Origin: a virus
Lineage: Duplodnaviria > Caudoviricetes
DNA length: 35,379 nucleotides
Direction: 5' to 3' (one strand)
Virus record (IMG/VR): IMGVR_UViG_3300027627_000440
Span: 1 to 35,379 of that record
Shown here one piece after another: positions 1-7,865 of this stretch. The notes under the pieces were generated by a model, which was given only the letters and a program-made list of their open reading frames with translations, did no database searches and was not told where the DNA came from. The position numbers and the translations under genes are program-made. How positions within the stretch are numbered: position 1 is the first letter of the stretch; every line of letters begins with the position of its first letter.

Positions 1-243
1 CAGAAAAGAGTTAAAGTTCCAAACTTCGACAAGAGGAAATCCGTATTTGACTCTTTGATAGCCCTTTATTAGCCAGAATTTTGCATCTCGATAATTCCTA
101 TCGACTCCCCAATAAATATGCAGCCAAATGGATTTGTACCAAGCGTCTTTTCCGTCGTCCCCGAAAGCTTCAGCGAGGGTGGTTATATCTCCGGCTTTTA
201 GTTCTTTTTTCATGAATTTAAACCCTCTCCAGTCCATTTTCAT
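1..243 (-). CDS. Phage hypothetical protein, 3' end outside the window
   Basis: Manual translation from ATG at 243 (MKMDWRGFKF...YQRVKYGFPLVEVWNFNSFL) is open to base 1 and starts 6 nt after the upstream stop; absent from the ORF track. Confidence 0.7.
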   Translation of the reverse strand, partial: MKMDWRGFKFMKKELKAGDITTLAEAFGDDGKDAWYKSIWLHIYWGVDRNYRDAKFWLIKGYQRVKYGFPLVEVWNFNSFL

Positions 244-249
244 GTCACA

Positions 250-477
250 CTAATTGACGTAGTCTTTAAAAGATCTGGTGAGTGAATTTAATTTATCTTC
301 CGCCGATGCTACCTTGTCGACCTGTTTTGCCATCTCCTCCACAATCTGTGGGTGCTCGCCTATGCCTACTGAGTTTGAAAAATAAATATGCAAAGTGGCG
401 AGACCCTCGTCTCTTTCCGCTTCAAACTTATTTCTCAACGCTCTGAAGAGCAGGAATGATATTTGTCGGTTTTCCAT
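250..477 (-). CDS. Conserved phage hypothetical protein (VGIGEHP motif)
   Basis: Start trimmed to MENRQ at 477, right after the stop at 482; NSVGIGEHPQI resembles small proteins of T4-like aquatic phages. Confidence 0.7.
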   Translation of the reverse strand: MENRQISFLLFRALRNKFEAERDEGLATLHIYFSNSVGIGEHPQIVEEMAKQVDKVASAEDKLNSLTRSFKDYVN

Positions 478-481
478 CAAA

Positions 482-685
482 TTACTTTCTCGTGGTAGTT
501 TTGGTTGAACGTTCATAAGTGGAAGCGCGAGCGTCCGCGCCGATCTCTTGCATCTTGAGAAGAGAAAAGATAAAATACGCGTTAACAGCGAAGTTAAGCG
601 CGAGCAGCACAATGGCAATCCGCGCATAGATTGTCGTAGAGGTTTTACCGCAAGTTGATTTCTTATCGCAGGTTGTAGTGTTCAT
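482..685 (-). CDS. Small membrane protein
   Basis: Single hydrophobic stretch IAIVLLALNFAVNAYFIFSLL; fits the gene tiling. Confidence 0.65.
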   Translation of the reverse strand: MNTTTCDKKSTCGKTSTTIYARIAIVLLALNFAVNAYFIFSLLKMQEIGADARASTYERSTKTTTRK

Positions 686-718
686 GGTGATTCTCTATGC
701 TTCTTGCTGCGGGATAAG

Positions 719-1324
719 TCAAGAAATAAGTTTCTTCGTCTCGACAATTTCGTCAATAAGTCCGAAATCTTTCGCCATCTCTGGCGTCAGGAAGTTGTCT
801 CTGTCGCAAGCCTTGTCCATCTCTTTCATGGAGCGCCCAGAGTGCCGACACATTATCTCGTAGAGCTTCTTCTTGAGACTCAACATATATTTGGTGCGAA
901 TCTCGATGTCTGACGCTTGACCACTTGAGCCGCCTAATGGTTGGTGGATCATTACCGTGCTATTAGGTAGCGCAAATCTTTTACCCTTTGTTCCGCCGCA
1001 CAGAAGAACTGCCCCCATACTTGCAGCTTCACCAATGCAGTAGGTATTTACGTCGCAGCCGATGAACTGCATAACGTCGTAAATCGCGAGCCCAGCAGTT
1101 ACGCTGCCGCCTGGCGAATTGATATAAAAGTGAATGTCCTTTTTTGCATCGTTTTGGAATAGGAAAAGCATTTGAGCCACCACGGTGTTTGCGGACATGT
1201 CCGAGACTTCCTCGCCAAGAAAGATGATTCTATCGAGGAGAAGTCTAGAGTAGAGGTCGTAACTCCTTTCTCCATAAGTGCTTTTTTCGACGACGATTGG
1301 GATTAGGTGACTTTTAATATCCAT
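719..1324 (-). CDS. clpP: ATP-dependent Clp protease proteolytic subunit
   Basis: [23 protein letters not shown], catalytic Ser (AASMGA), His (MIHQP), Asp (DRDNF); ATG at 1324 preferred over TTG at 1342. Confidence 0.96.
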   Translation of the reverse strand: MDIKSHLIPIVVEKSTYGERSYDLYSRLLLDRIIFLGEEVSDMSANTVVAQMLFLFQNDAKKDIHFYINSPGGSVTAGLAIYDVMQFIGCDVNTYCIGEAASMGAVLLCGGTKGKRFALPNSTVMIHQPLGGSSGQASDIEIRTKYMLSLKKKLYEIMCRHSGRSMKEMDKACDRDNFLTPEMAKDFGLIDEIVETKKLIS

Positions 1325-1348
1325 TAGGATGTAAAACTGCAACCACTT

Positions 1349-2047
1349 TTACCGCTTGTCAAGCGGGTGTTCAAGATTTGCTATTAATTTTCCGCTTGCA
1401 ATATTGATTTGAGATTTAGCTTGAGTCCGTAAGTTGTTTCCTAGCTTGTCTTTGTCTTCTGTGTACTTTATCCGTAAGTCGTCACCGTGCTTTAGAAACT
1501 TTAGTAAGGTATTTGAGCCGCGTCTCATGTTGAGGCCGATCTCCAGCGCCCTGTAAATTAAATCTGTATCTTCGTATCCCCATCCGTGACTGAGTATTTC
1601 ATCATATCCTCCCAGCAAGTGAAAGCCTTCGTCACTTAACGCTATCCTGCCACATCCGCCGCCCCAAGCGCCATCCCCGACGAAGTAAACGATAGAGTCT
1701 AAGTCCTTAGAAAAAACATCTAAAAGATGCAACGAGAAGTCTTTTGTCGCGGCATTGTCTGCGTCTAAATTGCAAAGAATCTTACCAGTTGCGTACGAAT
1801 GGGCCCTGTTTTTTTCCTTAGCATGAACCCAATGTTCTGCGCTCTCGTGTTTAAAGTACTTTACGACCCCAGCTTTTATCTCGTTCTGGAGCGTCGATTC
1901 CACCCATTCTTGCAGCCCGTCTGTCGAGCCCCCGTCAGAGACGATAAACTCTACGTCTAAGCCGACGTTATCATTTATTGATTCGGGCAGGGTGCTCTTT
2001 AAATAAGCAAGCCTGTCTCTGATTGATGTACAGTAAGAGATTTTCAT
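1349..2047 (-). CDS. GT-A fold glycosyltransferase (GT2/GT7C-like), paralog 1
   Basis: SDGGSTDG, DxD motif NLDAD, GGYDE..GWGYEDTDL. Confidence 0.88.
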   Translation of the reverse strand: MKISYCTSIRDRLAYLKSTLPESINDNVGLDVEFIVSDGGSTDGLQEWVESTLQNEIKAGVVKYFKHESAEHWVHAKEKNRAHSYATGKILCNLDADNAATKDFSLHLLDVFSKDLDSIVYFVGDGAWGGGCGRIALSDEGFHLLGGYDEILSHGWGYEDTDLIYRALEIGLNMRRGSNTLLKFLKHGDDLRIKYTEDKDKLGNNLRTQAKSQINIASGKLIANLEHPLDKR

Positions 2048-2724
2048 TGCTGATTGGCTATCACTTTCCCGTCCTTTATGTTCTGAGCCGACTTGAAATA
2101 AGCCAACTTACCCGTTTGATTCTTGTTTTGATTTTCCATGTAGATCGTCCGCACGTCGTCACCATGCCTTAAAAATGACACTAAGTCACTTCTGCCAACG
2201 ACGGGTCTAATTCCAAATGCCACCGCCCGATTTACTAAGTCCATGTCGTCGTAGCCCCATCCGTTATTTAAATACTCGTCGTAGCCGCCCAATGACTTAA
2301 AGCTTTTGGCGCTTAAGGTTACCCTGCCACCGCCCCCGCCCCAAGCCGCGTCTCCCAAAAAATACGCAACGGAGTTCTCGTTCTCGGAGAATGTGGAGAG
2401 TAACCAAATGCTGAACGCTTTAGTGGCAATGTTGTCCGCGTCTAAATTGCACACTATCTGACCCGAGGCGTAAGAGTGCGAAAGATTTTTTTCTCTGGCG
2501 AACCGCCAGAACTTTGGGGCTATCGTTCGGAAGTGCTTTATTGCGCCGCTTTTAAGCTCGGCGGGGAACGAAGACGAAAGCCATTCCTCAAGTCCGTCTA
2601 TTGAGCCGCTATCGGAAATTACGAACTCTGCGTCAACGCCGGAGTTCTCCTTTACGGAGATGGGTAGGGTCTGCTTTAAGTGGAAAAGCCTATCTCTGAT
2701 TGCGATGCAATAAGAGATTTTCAT
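2044..2724 (-). CDS. GT-A fold glycosyltransferase (GT2/GT7C-like), paralog 2
   Basis: Start set at MKISYC (2724) by alignment with its neighbour; NLDAD, GGYDE..GWGYDDMDL. Confidence 0.88.
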   Translation of the reverse strand: MKISYCIAIRDRLFHLKQTLPISVKENSGVDAEFVISDSGSIDGLEEWLSSSFPAELKSGAIKHFRTIAPKFWRFAREKNLSHSYASGQIVCNLDADNIATKAFSIWLLSTFSENENSVAYFLGDAAWGGGGGRVTLSAKSFKSLGGYDEYLNNGWGYDDMDLVNRAVAFGIRPVVGRSDLVSFLRHGDDVRTIYMENQNKNQTGKLAYFKSAQNIKDGKVIANQQ

Positions 2725-2729
2725 GGAGA

Positions 2730-3320
2730 CTAAATACTCTCTCCAAGATACTCTTTCTTGTCCTTGTCTGAAAATGGATTTACGGATTTCGTCTCGCTCT
2801 TGCATTTCTTGTAGCAACCATAACCAACGTAAAAAGCCAGCATCAGGATAACGATAGTCAAATAGTAAAGAAACAGACCGATAGGTTTAGTTGCAGCGCT
2901 GCCTTTAGAGGGGCTTGGGTCGAGCTGTATGACATTTAACGAGGCGGGGGATTCTCCTTCAGCGTCAGGGGTGGTCTTGTTTACCGCGATTGGATGAAGA
3001 TAGTCGTGTCTCTCTGCCGCCGCTTCGCGAGCCTTTGGAGACATAAAGGATTCAACCCGGACTTTGCTGTCGGGGGCCGTCGGTCTGATAGAGGCTACTC
3101 CGCTTGAAGGCTCTGGGTTTCTTTTGGAATAGCCAATGAGCGAAATTTTAGTCGCAGAATTCGTCGTCGGATTCTTCATGTTTAGCGAGTAAACATTATT
3201 ACCGATTTTAGTTAAGTTGTCTTTATTTAAGGTGGGGGCTCGATTAAGGCCAGAATTTGAGGCACAGCCCCAAAGAAGGGCGAGAAGAGTTAGTAGTAGG
3301 GGCTTAATTAGGTCTTGCAT
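2730..3320 (-). CDS. Putative lipoprotein with C-terminal transmembrane helix (u-spanin-like architecture)
   Basis: N-terminal KPLLLTLLALLWG-C lipobox-like signal; C-terminal TM IGLFLYYLTIVILMLAFYVGY followed by a basic tail. Confidence 0.6.
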   Translation of the reverse strand: MQDLIKPLLLTLLALLWGCASNSGLNRAPTLNKDNLTKIGNNVYSLNMKNPTTNSATKISLIGYSKRNPEPSSGVASIRPTAPDSKVRVESFMSPKAREAAAERHDYLHPIAVNKTTPDAEGESPASLNVIQLDPSPSKGSAATKPIGLFLYYLTIVILMLAFYVGYGCYKKCKSETKSVNPFSDKDKKEYLGESI

Positions 3321-3748
3321 GATGCCGTCGCGCTCCCGAAGTAAAACCCTACAATAGCAGAAAGGGTTTGCCTCACCTCTGGTACAATCAAATAGCCTTG
3401 AAGCTCTACGAAGATTCTCTCTCCTCCGCCACCGAATAAACCGAAAAGAAAGTCGCTTTTTTCCTGCTCTACCTCTACGATGGTGGAGTAGCCAAAAATC
3501 GACAAGATAAACGGTGCTAAAATGACACCGAACAGCACGCTGATTACAATTGCTCTTCTAACCCATTTTCCTGCGTCTATGGGAACGCGCTCAACCGCTT
3601 TATTCCTGCTGTCTTCTTCGGCCTTGTGCCTGTCCATCATCATTTTGAATTGATCTTGTCGGTCCTTGGCTCGTTCAGCCATGAACCTGAAGATAAAGCC
3701 GGTTATTGAACCTCCAAACATCGTTAACAGTTCTAAAGGAATGGGCAT
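3308..3748 (-). CDS. Holin-like membrane protein (3 hydrophobic segments)
   Basis: N-terminal, central and C-terminal hydrophobic segments; terminal IVGFYFGS resembles 3TM holin-type proteins. Confidence 0.55.
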   Translation of the reverse strand: MPIPLELLTMFGGSITGFIFRFMAERAKDRQDQFKMMMDRHKAEEDSRNKAVERVPIDAGKWVRRAIVISVLFGVILAPFILSIFGYSTIVEVEQEKSDFLFGLFGGGGERIFVELQGYLIVPEVRQTLSAIVGFYFGSATASCKT

Positions 3749-3796
3749 ATGCACTTTAGCTTACACCCTATACCAAACTTAGACTTTATTTAAAAA

Positions 3797-4396
3797 CTAA
3801 AAAGGAGCAAGAAATCTCTCTATTTTCCAACTAACATTTGCCACTATGCCCACTGAGAATCTGATTAAAAAGAATAAAACGAAAACGCCTTTCCGGTAGA
3901 GACAATAAGATGGAAACCAAAAGCTCGCCTCTCTGCGGCTGCGCTTCTCAAGTCTATCCTTGTAATTTGCTTCTTCTTTTTTTCGAACTTGGTTGTCTTC
4001 TTCTATCCAATCTTTTAGGCTTATCTCTTTCAAGTCCCCCCGAAAGAATAGAGCTTCAAAGCGAACGATATAGTCAGCTTTTTCTCTGGTGAAATAACAC
4101 GCGAAACTAAGCTCTCCAGTATAGTCGAGCTTCTCCATCTTACGGTCACTCTCTTTGAAGGAGCCACCGCAAGGAAGAGCCGCGTCGACCTCCCAGCCCT
4201 TCTCTATCTTGTATTTATAAAGCTGCCCCTGCTCAGTTATCAGATACTCCGAGTCTTGAGTTAGGCTAAATGACGAGAGGAATGTTACGGTGCTGAATTC
4301 CACTTCGCTCCATTTTACGTCGGCAAGATCCCCTAAATCCGGACGTAGCGGAAGGGCGAATTCGCAGACGACAATGTCTGATAAAGTCATATCCAC
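3797..4396 (-). CDS. Hypothetical protein
   Basis: 199 aa ORF fitting the tiling; hydrophobic C-terminus; no recognised motif. Confidence 0.7.
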   Translation of the reverse strand: MDMTLSDIVVCEFALPLRPDLGDLADVKWSEVEFSTVTFLSSFSLTQDSEYLITEQGQLYKYKIEKGWEVDAALPCGGSFKESDRKMEKLDYTGELSFACYFTREKADYIVRFEALFFRGDLKEISLKDWIEEDNQVRKKEEANYKDRLEKRSRREASFWFPSYCLYRKGVFVLFFLIRFSVGIVANVSWKIERFLAPF

Positions 4397-4417
4397 AAAA
4401 TAATTTATGATGCGTTG

Positions 4418-4543
4418 CTATCGTTTATCTGTCAAAGAAATAATATAGAGGCCCACTGAGGCGACCAGGATCAAGCTGAACCAAGTTAAGACCCACCCGC
4501 CGAGGAAAATCGCAGCAAGGCTATCTTCGATTTTTGGCGACAT
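4418..4543 (-). CDS. 41 aa single-pass membrane protein
   Basis: Manual translation MSPKIEDSLAAIFLGGWVLTWFSLILVASVGLYIISLTDKR; overlaps the sigma gene end and fills the gap; below the ORF-track cutoff. Confidence 0.6.
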   Translation of the reverse strand: MSPKIEDSLAAIFLGGWVLTWFSLILVASVGLYIISLTDKR

Positions 4544-5201
4544 AGAGTTTTTTTAGCTTATTTGTGGCGACGAGTTTTCTCTTAAAAGCCTGCATCTTCT
4601 TCTTTGCGTAGAAAATTCTAGACATCACCGTGCCTATGGGTATGCCTTCTTTCTTCGCTGCGTCCTTGTAGGACAGATTCTTGACTAGGACGAGGTCAAT
4701 AATTCTCTTCATTGGGCCGTCAAGACAGCTTGTTACCTCTGCGAGATCTTCTCTGCCTTTCGTCTCCAGTTCTTTTTTCAATAGAACATCTGCGGGAGAA
4801 GGCGGAATTATTGCTTCGTTCTGAGACTGAAGAATGAACTCGATTTGATTGAAGCCATCTAAATGCGGATCGTTATTATAGGGCTTCACCCAGTCTTCAA
4901 ATAAGACGTACTTCTTTCCTTTTTTCGTTTCGTCAAAAAAAGTATTGATTGCAATCCGGCAGCACCAAGTTGAAAATGAGCTTTCTCCTCTGAAGGTGGA
5001 AATTTTATTCCAAGCTTTAATCCAGCTTAACTGCGCGATGTCTTCCGCTTTGTGGGTGTTTCTTCCCTTTTGAATTAAAAGACATAGGACTCGCTCTTTA
5101 TAGAAAGAGACTAACTCCGAGAAGGCTTTTTCGTCTCCGGCTTGAGATCGAGTTATTAGCTCTTTTTCGTTCTCGATAGTCTCGCTCGATTTGGCTTGCA
5201 T
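4521..5201 (-). CDS. ECF-type RNA polymerase sigma-70 factor
   Basis: Region 2 (GDEKAFSELV, AEDIAQ, FRGESSFSTWCCRIAIN) and region 4 (LSYKDAAKKEGIPIGTVMSRIFYAK). Confidence 0.93.
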   Translation of the reverse strand: MQAKSSETIENEKELITRSQAGDEKAFSELVSFYKERVLCLLIQKGRNTHKAEDIAQLSWIKAWNKISTFRGESSFSTWCCRIAINTFFDETKKGKKYVLFEDWVKPYNNDPHLDGFNQIEFILQSQNEAIIPPSPADVLLKKELETKGREDLAEVTSCLDGPMKRIIDLVLVKNLSYKDAAKKEGIPIGTVMSRIFYAKKKMQAFKRKLVATNKLKKLYVAKNRR

Positions 5202-5251
5202 GCTACAGGCATATGCCCCCTTTTCCTGCCTAAGTCAATTAAAATAACGGA

Positions 5252-5572
5252 CTACTTCTTCTTGGGCTTCTTCGCTTTCGCGCGACTAAGACGGTCTGCT
5301 TCGTACTTTATGATGTTGCTTTCAATCTTGTTTAGATTCTGTGTCTCAAGTCTGCCTCGTCCGATTAAATTGGCAAGGCGACCCTCGAGAATTTCAAGCT
5401 TGACTAAGTCCCTTCCGCTAAGGGGTACGCCTGCGCCGTTCTTTTTGTTATGGCTTGCTTCTAAAGCGTCAAACTCTACCAGGGTTTTGTTCACCTGCGC
5501 TAGCCACCACAAAACGCTGCCCTCGGTCGTCTTGAATCCTTCTTCGATTGTTTTTTTAGTCATCTTTTCCAT
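5252..5572 (-). CDS. Hypothetical protein
   Basis: 106 aa ORF with Lys-rich C-terminus, tiles with neighbours. Confidence 0.65.
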   Translation of the reverse strand: MEKMTKKTIEEGFKTTEGSVLWWLAQVNKTLVEFDALEASHNKKNGAGVPLSGRDLVKLEILEGRLANLIGRGRLETQNLNKIESNIIKYEADRLSRAKAKKPKKK

Positions 5573-5873
5573 CTTGGCTTATTTTAAAATAAAAAGTTTT
5601 CTCACCGTCCGAAACTTTAATAGAAATTTCCTCAACATTTTTTTTCTTAGCTATGCCTGCCGCAATCTTAAACAAGCAGTCATGGCAGAAAGTAAGAGAC
5701 GGGGTGGACTCGTTTAACTTAAAATAAACAAGCTTTTTGCTGTCGAAAAGAATTTTGTATTCCCCCTTCGGGTATTCTATATCGCAGCCGTTACAACATA
5801 TGAGTTTCTTTTTAGAGGCTGATGGCCTCAGAACTGTAACATTAATCATGCCCACTATATTACACTCAGACAT
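5556..5873 (-). CDS. Hypothetical protein with two CxxC motifs (possible Zn-binding)
   Basis: CNGC and CHDC; alternative start at 5849 downstream of a GTGTAA motif. Confidence 0.65.
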   Translation of the reverse strand: MSECNIVGMINVTVLRPSASKKKLICCNGCDIEYPKGEYKILFDSKKLVYFKLNESTPSLTFCHDCLFKIAAGIAKKKNVEEISIKVSDGEKTFYFKISQDGKDD

Positions 5874-5875
5874 AA

Positions 5876-6043
5876 CTATCCTTCTTGTATGCGATATTTT
5901 TCTTTTGACTTCTTAGCCAACTCCGCTAGATGTGTTCTCGCCGTCCTGAGTCCGTCTTTGGAGTGGGGGAAAGCTCCGTATGTATAATCGCTACCCTTGG
6001 AGGTTATGATGTAGCACTTAATTTTTCCTTTTATTCTTGGCAT
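5876..6043 (-). CDS. 55 aa basic hypothetical protein
   Basis: Manual translation MPRIKGKIKCYIITSKGSDYTYGAFPHSKDG...RIQEG fills the gap; absent from the track. Confidence 0.6.
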   Translation of the reverse strand: MPRIKGKIKCYIITSKGSDYTYGAFPHSKDGLRTARTHLAELAKKSKEKYRIQEG

Positions 6044-6200
6044 TTTCAATCCCTTCTAGCTCTGTTCTTAAGAGCTTCAAATGATGAGTCATCCAGCCGT
6101 CCGCCCCTCGAACTAGCTCTAGGTCCGTCGCTTCTTCGATTCTGTCGTCTATTTGAGATTTCCAGATCATCTGACTCGTCAGTTCAATTAAAGTTCTCAT
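6018..6200 (-). CDS. Small hypothetical protein
   Basis: ATG at 6200 overlaps the HNH stop (ATGA coupling). Confidence 0.6.
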   Translation of the reverse strand: MRTLIELTSQMIWKSQIDDRIEEATDLELVRGADGWMTHHLKLLRTELEGIENAKNKRKN

Positions 6201-6811
6201 TTTATGAAAAAATGCTTCCAATCTACGTGTCTGTGTTCGATAAAAAAGGAGCTAGACATTATTGGCGCTGGTTCTTTCGCTTCTCTGAGGAGTTTCAGTC
6301 CAATTTCGTGATTGAGCTTGTTTCCCTTTTTAGCGTTTATGTTTTTGTCGCAATAAACTAAATTATCCCAACTTTCGCCACCGCCCTTGGCTTTGGGGAT
6401 GACATGGTCTATGTTCCCGTCTTCTGGCCGCAAAACCCTTCCTGTGTATTGACAGGTATTTTTGTCCCTTATTCTAATGTTGTTTTGATTAAGGGAAACT
6501 CTTCTAATTGGAATTTTGGAATAGTTTTTTGCGATTAAGACGGTTGGCACGCGAACGCATAGGGTCTTACTACTGATGCTGAAGTCGAACTCTCTAACTG
6601 GTAGCTTAATCCATTGTTCCCAGGAAACTGGGTCTAGGTTTCTCGGGGATGAAAAAACATAACTGTCTCCAATCTTTTCGTATTGGATATCTATCGCTAG
6701 GTATTCGCCGCCCACTAAGTCCGATATTGCTTGTCGGACCGTCTTGCATCCTATTGGTTGCCAGACGTTATTTAGATTAAGGCAGATGAGCTTGTCTTCA
6801 ATCCCCGTCAT
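6197..6811 (-). CDS. HNH endonuclease (McrA-like)
   Basis: RDKNTCQYTG, NIDHVIPKAKGGGESWDNLV, NAKKGN. Confidence 0.92.
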   Translation of the reverse strand: MTGIEDKLICLNLNNVWQPIGCKTVRQAISDLVGGEYLAIDIQYEKIGDSYVFSSPRNLDPVSWEQWIKLPVREFDFSISSKTLCVRVPTVLIAKNYSKIPIRRVSLNQNNIRIRDKNTCQYTGRVLRPEDGNIDHVIPKAKGGGESWDNLVYCDKNINAKKGNKLNHEIGLKLLREAKEPAPIMSSSFFIEHRHVDWKHFFIK

Positions 6812-6842
6812 CCTTTATAAATGCTGCTGCGAGAGGGAACAA

Positions 6843-7427
6843 TCAAGGCGCTTTATTCTCTCTCACCCACTTGACGGCTATCCACTTCTCCCCTTTGATA
6901 ACGGGGAGGCCAGCGTGCAAAGACGCACCGTTAGGCGTGCCGCAAACAATGTTTTTAAATAAAATCGCGTTTCCGCGCTTAGGCTCGAACTTTAAATCTA
7001 GAAGCGGGAAGGATGTTTCGCCGCCTTCCTCGACGTCATTTAGGTATAAAATAAAAGAAAACTCCCTCTGTCCTCCTCGGCTGATTACTTTCGAGTAAGA
7101 GCTCCCTTCAAACAAGTCCGTATCTTCGAAGAAATCAAAATGAGGAATATAATATCCGTTCGTGCTATAGCGAATGACACACAAATCTTCTTGATTTTCC
7201 TCCGGCTTACCCGATAACCCCGCGACCGTCTCGTCTAAAGTCTTTAAAAATGGATATGTTTTTGTCCTTAGAAAGACGCTATCACTAATCCTGGCCTTGT
7301 TATTCCTACCCAAAACCGTTGATTCTTCGAGAATATCCTTAGAGTATTTTATTATTTGCTGGCAAAGCTCCGCGCTTGCGGCCCCTTCGATATTCCAAAT
7401 GAAATTATTAACTGGAATACTAGTCAT
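6843..7427 (-). CDS. 2OG-Fe(II) oxygenase, prolyl 4-hydroxylase-like
   Basis: HFD iron motif, GGQR, YLNDVEEGGETSFP, LHAGLPVIKGEKW. Confidence 0.92.
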   Translation of the reverse strand: MTSIPVNNFIWNIEGAASAELCQQIIKYSKDILEESTVLGRNNKARISDSVFLRTKTYPFLKTLDETVAGLSGKPEENQEDLCVIRYSTNGYYIPHFDFFEDTDLFEGSSYSKVISRGGQREFSFILYLNDVEEGGETSFPLLDLKFEPKRGNAILFKNIVCGTPNGASLHAGLPVIKGEKWIAVKWVRENKAP

Positions 7428-7611
7428 TTGGCTTTATGATTTGACAAACGATGTTTTTCTTTTTAATGAAGCCCTCATCGTACAGATATTGAACGATTAG
7501 CGTCGCCTCCGTCTCGGACACGTCATCTAATTCGTCCATTATCATCACCTTGGTTTTGGTGACGCTGACTTCTAGCCCGTTCACTGTGATCGTTATCGGT
7601 TCTTTTGCCAC
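7420..7611 (-). CDS. Small hypothetical protein
   Basis: 63 aa, GTG start, overlaps the next gene. Confidence 0.6.
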   Translation of the reverse strand: MAKEPITITVNGLEVSVTKTKVMIMDELDDVSETEATLIVQYLYDEGFIKKKNIVCQIIKPND

Positions 7612-7659
7612 ACTTATATTTACACCACTCGTCTAGAGAAGTGGGCTTTAAATATAAAA

Positions 7660-7750
7660 TGGCGGTTAGAGAAGGATTCGAACCTTCGGTAGCTTTTAAG
7701 ACTACGGGACTTTAGCAAAGTCCTGCTTTAGACCACTCAGCCATCTAACC
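7660..7750 (-). tRNA. tRNA-Ser(GCT)
   Basis: Reverse complement folds as a cloverleaf: anticodon arm GGACT-TTGCTAA-AGTCC, long variable arm, GGTTCGAATCC, encoded CCA. Confidence 0.95.
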
Positions 7751-7758
7751 AGAAAAGG

Positions 7759-7834
7759 TGGAGCGCCAAGTGAGGTTCGAACTCACGACATTCGGTTTGG
7801 AAAACCGACTCTCTACCAACTGAGATATTGACGC
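7759..7834 (-). tRNA. tRNA-Gly(TCC)
   Basis: Acceptor GCGTCAA/TTGGCGC, U73, CCA; anticodon arm TCGGT-TTTCCAA-ACCGA; T arm GTGAG-TTCGAAC-CTCAC. Confidence 0.95.
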
Positions 7835-7840
7835 AGCCTT

Positions 7841-7846
7841 ACTATA
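7841..7846 (-). promoter_or_regulatory. -10-like element for the tRNA pair
   Basis: TATAGT 6 nt upstream of the tRNA-Gly 5' end; no clear -35. Confidence 0.45.
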
Positions 7847-7865
7847 CTACTCCGATCTAATGACT

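Noticed and set aside
5196-6361. Long plus-strand ORFs 5196-5717 and 5930-6361, and similar antisense or nested ORFs across the track
   Set aside because: Shadows of better-supported genes in other frames
7660-7834. Suppressor or non-proteinogenic tRNAs, or genetic code reassignment
   Set aside because: Both tRNAs have canonical anticodons and arms; genes tile fully under the standard code using all three stops
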